Positions 37,131-44,122 of a DNA stretch of 44,122 nt are shown piece by piece. A program made the position numbers and the translations under genes. The notes beneath the pieces are model-generated. The model saw only the letters and a program-made list of their open reading frames with translations, did no database searches and was not told the DNA's origin. The stretch covers positions 1 through 44,122 of the forward strand of contig CAZIGT010000002.1 of the NCBI GenBank assembly GCA_964538465.1, read 5' to 3'. Source of the DNA: an uncultured Thermoleophilia bacterium (GTDB lineage: Bacteria > Actinomycetota > Thermoleophilia > UBA2241). Positions within the stretch are counted from its first letter, which is position 1; each line of letters starts with the position of its first letter.

Positions 37131-37544
37131 TCAGGTGGCGGCGTCGGGCGGTGCACAAAGCTGTTCCGCCTTGCGGAGACGCCTGATGTACTCGGGCCTG
37201 GCAGGATCCATGGCTACAGCCAGCCGTAGGCGGCCGCAGGCCTCTTCCGGGCATCCCAGCCGGAGAAGGGCACAGCCGAGGCCGAACTGCGCGTAGTCGT
37301 TCGTGGGGACGTCGGCGGCGATCGCGGCGAAGACCTCCGCCGCGCGATCGTGACGGCCGAGCGCGTAGTACGAGCGCCCCAGCGCTTCGCGGATGGAGTT
37401 CCTGCCGGGCGCCAGCTGTGCGGCTCTCTCCAGAAGGAGCGCGGCCGCCCCGGGGTGGCCGTCGCGCAGGAAGCGGGCGCCGCGAACGAAGAGGTCGTAG
37501 GCCTCCGGTGAACTCAGCGCTTCATAGGCTGCCGTGTCCGACAT
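37131..37544 (-). CDS. tetratricopeptide repeat protein
   Basis: 137 aa; Ala/Leu/Gly/Tyr periodicity typical of 3 TPR units. Confidence 0.6.
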   Translation of the reverse strand: MSDTAAYEALSSPEAYDLFVRGARFLRDGHPGAAALLLERAAQLAPGRNSIREALGRSYYALGRHDRAAEVFAAIAADVPTNDYAQFGLGCALLRLGCPEEACGRLRLAVAMDPARPEYIRRLRKAEQLCAPPDAAT

Positions 37545-37571
37545 GGGTCGGTGTCCTCAGGAGGCGGAGAG

Positions 37572-38132
37572 TCAGGCGAGGTCGAGCTCTGCGGCGATGT
37601 TCTGGATCGCCGTTAGGCCGATGCCCAGGAACTCGTCGAGCTCGAGGCCGATCTCGCCGCAGCGCCGAATGGCATCGCGATCCACGCCGCGGGCGAAGGC
37701 GCTCTCCTTCATCCGCTTGCGCAGGGACTTGACCTGGACAGGGATGACCGATTTCTCCGGACGCACGAGCGCGGCTGCGGTGATCAGGCCGCTCAGCTGG
37801 TCGGCAGCGATGAGCGCTATCTCCATGCGGCTCTCGGCCACCACCCCGGTGAGCTCGTTGTGGGCGGCCACGGCGCGCGTGACCTCCGGTGGCGCGCCGA
37901 GAGTCTCGAGCTCGGCGGCGGCCGTGGCGCCGTGCTTGGATGCATCTTCGCCGGCTGTCTCGACGTCCACGTCGTGCACGAGGCCGGCCAGGCCCCACAG
38001 CTCAGGATCATCCCCGAAGTGCTCGGCAAGCGCGCGCATGATCGCCTCCGACGCCAGCATGTGGCGCCTCAAGTTCACGTTCTCAACACGGGACTCGACG
38101 AGTGAGAGTGCTTCTGCGCGTGAGAGGCTCAC
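37572..38132 (-). CDS. HD/HDIG domain phosphohydrolase
   Basis: 186 aa; RRHMLASEAIMRALA ... GLVHDVD; GTG overlaps the coaBC stop (GTGA). Confidence 0.7.
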   Translation of the reverse strand: MSLSRAEALSLVESRVENVNLRRHMLASEAIMRALAEHFGDDPELWGLAGLVHDVDVETAGEDASKHGATAAAELETLGAPPEVTRAVAAHNELTGVVAESRMEIALIAADQLSGLITAAALVRPEKSVIPVQVKSLRKRMKESAFARGVDRDAIRRCGEIGLELDEFLGIGLTAIQNIAAELDLA

Positions 38133-39373
38133 GATCCCTCCTCCGGGGTGCGCGCTGACAGGCCGCGCTCGATGGCCGTCACGATGGATTCGGCGCAGAC
38201 GGCCTTGCTGGCGCGCGGCACGTGCTCCTCTCCGTCTGGCCCTATGATGGTGATCTCGTTGTCCTGGCTGCCGATACCGACCCCGGCTGCCAGGATGTCG
38301 TTGAACACCAGGAGGTCGACCTTCTTCGCGAGGCGCTTGCCGCGCGCGCGATCGAGACGAGGGCCTGCTTCCGCGGCGAATGCGACTCTGAAGAGGCCCG
38401 GCCGAGCCGCCGATGAGAGTACGTCCACAGTGCGGACGAGGTCCAACGTGAGCCGGTCCTTCTCCGCGCGCTCGATTTTTCCAGTCTCCGGCTTTGCCGG
38501 CCGGAAGTCAGCCACCGCCGCCGCCATGACGAGCACGTCGGCGTCGACGACCTGCTGTTGGACGGCCTCGCCCATCTGCTCGGCGCTTTCCACCAGCACG
38601 ACCGGATACGGCGCATCCTCGACCGGGGTGGTGCTCACGAGCACGACATCGGCTCCGTGCAGAAGGGCCGCTTCGGCGACGGCGCGCCCCATGAGGCCGC
38701 TTGACCGGTTGCCGAGGAAGCGCACCGCATCGATAGCCTCGCGCGTGCCCCCCGCTGTGACCACGACCTTGCGCCCGGTGAGTCCCCCGTCGCGTGCGCG
38801 ACCGAGCGCCTGCTTGACGGCGGCGAGGATGACGGCCGGCTCGGCCATGCGGCCGAGCCCTTCCTCGCCGCAGGCGAGATCGCCGCGGCCGGCCGGCAGG
38901 ACTGTGCAGCCGCGTTCCGCGAGCACCCGCATGTTCTCCTGCGTTGCCGGGTGCTCGTACATCGCCCAGTTCATGGACGGCGCAAGTATCACCGGACCAC
39001 GGAAGGCGAGATAGATGGCTGTGAGGAGGTTGTCCGCCAGGCCGGTGGCCATCTTGGCCATGGTGTTGGCGGTGGCCGGAGCCACCACGAGGACGTCTGC
39101 CCGCCGGGCTGCCTCGATATGCTCGAACCAGCCGCCAGTGGCGCTCCAGGCCACGTCGTCGTCGAGGACCGGGGCTTGGGCTGCAGCCGCGAACGTGAGC
39201 GGTAGGACGAAACGACGTGCTGCCTCGGTCTCGACGACCGTGGTGGCGAAGCCCTCCTTCGCGAGGGAGCGCACCAGTTCCACGGTCTTGTAGATGGCGA
39301 TGCCGCCGCAGGCGCCGACCAGGACGTGGCCGCGTCCCTGCTCGACGGGACCCTGCGAAGGTGTGCCGGACAT
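38129..39373 (-). CDS. coaBC: bifunctional phosphopantothenoylcysteine decarboxylase / phosphopantothenate--cysteine ligase
   Basis: 414 aa; N-terminal flavoprotein domain (GGIAIYK, PAMN-like SMNWAM), C-terminal CoaB (GNRSSG). Confidence 0.92.
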   Translation of the reverse strand: MSGTPSQGPVEQGRGHVLVGACGGIAIYKTVELVRSLAKEGFATTVVETEAARRFVLPLTFAAAAQAPVLDDDVAWSATGGWFEHIEAARRADVLVVAPATANTMAKMATGLADNLLTAIYLAFRGPVILAPSMNWAMYEHPATQENMRVLAERGCTVLPAGRGDLACGEEGLGRMAEPAVILAAVKQALGRARDGGLTGRKVVVTAGGTREAIDAVRFLGNRSSGLMGRAVAEAALLHGADVVLVSTTPVEDAPYPVVLVESAEQMGEAVQQQVVDADVLVMAAAVADFRPAKPETGKIERAEKDRLTLDLVRTVDVLSSAARPGLFRVAFAAEAGPRLDRARGKRLAKKVDLLVFNDILAAGVGIGSQDNEITIIGPDGEEHVPRASKAVCAESIVTAIERGLSARTPEEGS

Positions 39374-39382
39374 GGGGCCTGG

Positions 39383-39637
39383 TCAGTCCTTGTACGTGTA
39401 ACCGATGCGTGAGTCGGCGATCTCTTCGAGCGCGATGGTGAGCAGGTTCTTGCTGCGAGTGGTGATGAGCGGCGGGGTGAACTCCTCTACCGGCATGCGC
39501 TCGTCCATCATGAGTCCCTCGCCGAGGCTGTTGTAGTAGTTGTTGATCTGTCGGGCCCGCTTGGCGGCGATGATGGTCACCGCGTACCGCGAACCCTCTG
39601 CGTGTTCCAGGAGTTCGTCGATGCGAGGCTTGTCCAT
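39383..39637 (-). CDS. rpoZ: DNA-directed RNA polymerase subunit omega
   Basis: 84 aa; [16 protein letters not shown]; SD AAGGAGG. Confidence 0.88.
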   Translation of the reverse strand: MDKPRIDELLEHAEGSRYAVTIIAAKRARQINNYYNSLGEGLMMDERMPVEEFTPPLITTRSKNLLTIALEEIADSRIGYTYKD

Positions 39638-39653
39638 GAGGACCTCCTTGTCA

Positions 39654-40229
39654 TCAGGCAGGCGCGGCGGCCGTCTCCAGCCGGCGCCGGCGGATATGAT
39701 CCATGACTTCCTGTGCGGCCCGTTCGGCGACGTCGTTCACCACCACGACGTCGAACTCGCGAGCCGCCGCCACCTCGTTCTCGGCGATAGCCAAGCGGCA
39801 TGCCACCGCCTCATCGGTCTCCGTGCCGCGCCCCTTGAGCCGCCGCGCCAGCTCCGCCAGGCTCGGCGGCGCGATGAATACGGCCAGGGCGCCGGCGAGA
39901 AGCGGTCGCACCTTGCGGGCGCCCTGCAGTTCGATCTCAAGGATGACATCGAGGCCCGCAGCCAGGCGGTCTTCGACCTCTGAGCGCAACGTGCCGTACA
40001 GGTTGCCTCCGTATTCTACCCATTCGAGGAAGCGCCCCTCAGCGACGGCGCGTTCGAAGTCCGCACGCGTGAGAAAGTGATACTCGTGCCCGTCCTGTTC
40101 GCCGGGTCTCGGGCGGCGCGTGGTGGCGGAGACGGTCGTCTGGATACCCGGCATCCCGCGGAGCACGAGCTGGATGACGGTCCCCTTCCCCGCGCCCGAA
40201 GGCCCGGAGATGATGAAGACCGAAGGGAT
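39654..40229 (-). CDS. gmk: guanylate kinase
   Basis: P-loop [10 protein letters not shown], full Gmk similarity; 5' end set to ATC 40229 because no ATG/GTG/TTG exists between the mihF stop and the P-loop (see finding). Confidence 0.8.
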   Translation of the reverse strand: MPSVFIISGPSGAGKGTVIQLVLRGMPGIQTTVSATTRRPRPGEQDGHEYHFLTRADFERAVAEGRFLEWVEYGGNLYGTLRSEVEDRLAAGLDVILEIELQGARKVRPLLAGALAVFIAPPSLAELARRLKGRGTETDEAVACRLAIAENEVAAAREFDVVVVNDVAERAAQEVMDHIRRRRLETAAAPA

Positions 40230-40231
40230 GG

Positions 40232-40558
40232 CTACTCCTTGAGAGCTTCGACCAGCTCGCGGCGCTGGCGCTCCGAGAGGCCGCCGACGGTCTTGCTGGG
40301 GCTGACCCGGCAGCGCTCCATGACCCGCGCGGCCTTCACGCGGCCGTACTTGGGCGCCGCCATGATGAGGTCGAGGACCTTGGCAGTGAGGAGATAGTCC
40401 GGCGGGTCCTGGATGACCGCGACGATGGAAGTGCCGCCCTTCTTGAGGGCATCCTTGAGGGCAGCCCGCTGGCTGCGCACGTGGTTGGCTCTCTGAAGAG
40501 CATCCATGCGCTGGTCCAGCGAGCGCTGGGGAGCGGCATTTGGCTGGGCGGAGGTCAT
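40232..40558 (-). CDS. mihF: actinobacterial-type integration host factor mIHF
   Basis: 108 aa; similar in length and pattern to mycobacterial mIHF (QR..AL.KA...R..RA.LK..LK.GG, GLSERQRRELVEAL); conserved mihF-gmk-rpoZ-coaBC order. Confidence 0.8.
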   Translation of the reverse strand: MTSAQPNAAPQRSLDQRMDALQRANHVRSQRAALKDALKKGGTSIVAVIQDPPDYLLTAKVLDLIMAAPKYGRVKAARVMERCRVSPSKTVGGLSERQRRELVEALKE

Positions 40559-40568
40559 CGCGAGCGGC

Positions 40569-40598
40569 AGTATATGTGAACGCTCCAAGCGACTTCAA
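40569..40598 (-). promoter_or_regulatory. promoter TTGAAG-18nt-TATACT driving near-leaderless mihF
   Basis: The -10 ends 10 nt before the mihF ATG; no SD in between. Confidence 0.5.
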
Positions 40599-40690
40599 CT
40601 ACAGGTTGCGGATGGCCGCGGCGCGGGGCCGGTCCCGAGCGACGCGGTCATGTTTGAGGGGCAACAGGCGAGTGGTCACACCGGCTCCTA

Positions 40691-41626
40691 CTACCGCAGT
40701 GCGAGGCCTCTGACATCGGCGACGGCGTCCACGCCCCGTCGCTCGAGCAGTCCGATCAGTTCACGCAATATTCGGCGCGGGGCTTGCGGGTCGGCGAAGA
40801 CGGCGACGCCGACGGCCACCGCGGTGGCGCCGCACGCGATGAAGTCCAGCGCGTCCTGGCCGGAGGTGACACCGCCCATGCCGATCACGGGTAGGTCGAC
40901 TGCGGCGGCCACCTCGGCCACCATGCGCAGGGCGATGGGCCGGATGGCAGGGCCGCTGAGACCGCCCGTGCGGTTGCCGAGAAGCGGCCGCAGCGAATCC
41001 GGGTCCAGGACCATGGCCTTGAACGTGTTGACGAGTGCCACGGCGTCGGCGCCCGCGGCGGCGGCCGCTCGCGCCGCCGCAGTCACCTCGGCGACGTTCG
41101 GAGTGAGCTTCACCGTGAGCAGCCGGGACGTGAGGCCGCGTGCCGCGGCGGTCAGCGAGCCGGTGGCGGCAGGGTCCGCGCCGATGGCCAGCCCTCCGCT
41201 CGCGACATTGGGGCACGAGACGTTCAGCTCGTAGCCCGCCACGTCCGGGGCCGGGGCCGTGGCCAACCAGGCCTCCAGGCGCCGGATGACTGCCAGGTAG
41301 TCCTCGGGGCGCGATCCGCCGACGCTGACGATGACGGGGCGATCCAGCTCCGACAGGCGCGGCAGCTGCTTGAGATACTCGTCAATGCCGGGGTTGGCGA
41401 GGCCGATGGCATTGATCATGCCGGCCGGTGTCTCGGTGACCCGCGGCGGCGGGTTGCCGGACCGTGGCTCCAGCGTCACCGTCTTCGGGAAGTACGCCGC
41501 ATACGGGAAGTCCCGGAACCCACCGGGTCCGGCGACCGCCAGTGCGTCGTAGGTGCCGGATGCGTTGACGAGCGGGTGCGCCAACGTGACGTCGCCCAGG
41601 CGGACCTGCATGTCGACCGTGCTCAT
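40691..41626 (-). CDS. pyrD: dihydroorotate dehydrogenase, class 1B catalytic subunit
   Basis: 311 aa; NASGT, ELNVSCPN active-site Cys, GGLSG; ORF-track start 42343 trimmed to ATG 41626, 2 nt after the pyrK stop. Confidence 0.9.
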   Translation of the reverse strand: MSTVDMQVRLGDVTLAHPLVNASGTYDALAVAGPGGFRDFPYAAYFPKTVTLEPRSGNPPPRVTETPAGMINAIGLANPGIDEYLKQLPRLSELDRPVIVSVGGSRPEDYLAVIRRLEAWLATAPAPDVAGYELNVSCPNVASGGLAIGADPAATGSLTAAARGLTSRLLTVKLTPNVAEVTAAARAAAAAGADAVALVNTFKAMVLDPDSLRPLLGNRTGGLSGPAIRPIALRMVAEVAAAVDLPVIGMGGVTSGQDALDFIACGATAVAVGVAVFADPQAPRRILRELIGLLERRGVDAVADVRGLALR

Positions 41627-41628
41627 GA

Positions 41629-42435
41629 CTAAACCACCTGCTCCAGCGGCAGTACGGGACCATCCGCGCACACACGGACATAGCTGCCGTCCGGTGCGGG
41701 CACCACACAGCCGTGGCAGGCCCCTGTGCCGCAGGCCATGCGCGCTTCGAGGGACGCATAGCCGCGGGATCCGTGCTCTGCCGCCCAGTCGCGGACACCG
41801 CGCAGCATCGCGAGTGGGCCGCAGGCGTAGACGATGCCGCCGTGCCGCGCAGATACGGCGGCGGCCGGCGACTCCCGTAGGGCGTCGACCACCGTGCCGA
41901 CGACGCCCTGCGACCCATCGTCGGTGGCCGTGACCACGCCGGGCAGGTCCAGGAGGGTGAGAAGTTGAGCCTGAGCCGCTCCGCGCACGCCTGCATAGCT
42001 CAGGGCAGCGACGCCGCGCGCGGCCAGATCGTCTGCGAGGAACTGCAGTGGAGCCAGCCCGATGCCCCCTCCTACGAGGAGCGCGTGCCTCGTGTTCTCG
42101 AGCGGGAACCCGTTGCCGAGCGGCGCGCTGATGGTGAGCTCGTCGCCGGGCATCGCCGCCGACAGCAGGGCGGTGCCCGTGCCGCGTGTCTCGATGAGAA
42201 GGGCGATGCCATCTGGACGTCGGCGGTGTATGGAGAGCGGTCGGCGTAGGTGGAAGTCCGGCGCCGGAACGGAAGCCATGACGAATTGCCCCGGACGTGC
42301 CTGGTCGGCAACGGCCGGTGCTTGGAGCCAGATCGTGGCCCAAGCGCCGGCCCGCCGCACCTCCTGCACGCGGCAGCGGTGCGCTTCGAGCCCGGAGGGC
42401 CCTACTCCGTCGGCATGACGCGTCAGCGCGTTCAC
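41629..42435 (-). CDS. pyrK: dihydroorotate dehydrogenase electron transfer subunit
   Basis: RRPLSIH FAD site, C-terminal 2Fe-2S ligands CGTGACHGC; start set to GTG 42435 (after the carB stop). Confidence 0.83.
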   Translation of the reverse strand: MNALTRHADGVGPSGLEAHRCRVQEVRRAGAWATIWLQAPAVADQARPGQFVMASVPAPDFHLRRPLSIHRRRPDGIALLIETRGTGTALLSAAMPGDELTISAPLGNGFPLENTRHALLVGGGIGLAPLQFLADDLAARGVAALSYAGVRGAAQAQLLTLLDLPGVVTATDDGSQGVVGTVVDALRESPAAAVSARHGGIVYACGPLAMLRGVRDWAAEHGSRGYASLEARMACGTGACHGCVVPAPDGSYVRVCADGPVLPLEQVV

Positions 42436-42472
42436 CGGTTCCCCTTGATCCCGCCGGTGCGCATGCCCGTCT

Positions 42473-44122
<1,650 letters not shown>

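Noticed and set aside
40227-40598. mIHF-Gmk fusion by programmed frameshift or stop read-through. The gmk frame is open across all of mihF.
   Set aside because: The two frames are offset, so read-through cannot join them. I saw no slippery heptamer near the junction. The open upstream frame is the usual high-GC artefact.

Overview
GC-rich core-genome segment. I call 44 CDS, and 42 of them are on the minus strand; only the lemA / M48-peptidase pair is on the plus strand. Gene content, read right to left along the minus strand: carB (3' part, cut by the window edge), pyrK, pyrD, mihF, gmk, rpoZ, coaBC, an HD hydrolase and a TPR protein. Then comes the divergent plus-strand lemA/htpX-like pair. 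Next is the rimP-nusA-ylxR-infB-DUF503-rbfA-nrnA-like-truB-ribF-rpsO-pnp supercluster, followed by an M16 peptidase, dapB, dapA, rnj, ftsK, a rodZ-like gene, rimO, pgsA, cinA, thpR(ligT), recA, recX, rny, miaB, a LigB/Memo-like + AMMECR1 pair, miaA, dapF, a dapL-like aminotransferase, hflX, dut and a NUDIX hydrolase. The local synteny looks actinobacterial (mihF-gmk-rpoZ-coaBC, miaA-dapF-hflX, M16 peptidase-dapB, dapA-rnj). It is combined with RNase Y and a Firmicute-like pgsA-cinA-recA-rny order, so I infer a deep-branching Actinomycetota-like host (inference only). I saw no rRNA, tRNA, CRISPR array, transposase/integrase, or recognisable defence or toxin module. This is an ordinary housekeeping region and I do not claim a new multi-gene system. 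The points worth a second look are mostly non-coding or organisational. (1) A near-consensus promoter, a ~235-nt structured transcript and a strong intrinsic terminator sit directly in front of rny. (2) An exact Gram-positive-type LexA/SOS box lies in the unusually long dut-NUDIX spacer. (3) An intrinsic terminator lies in the rimP-nusA-infB leader. (4) gmk appears to have no canonical start codon (AAGGAG-N5-ATC). (5) A translationally coupled LigB/Memo-like + AMMECR1 pair is wedged between miaB and miaA. Many ORF-track entries are 5'-over-extended or antisense artefacts of high GC. I trimmed starts using conserved N-termini and start/stop overlaps, so start coordinates are less certain than stops.
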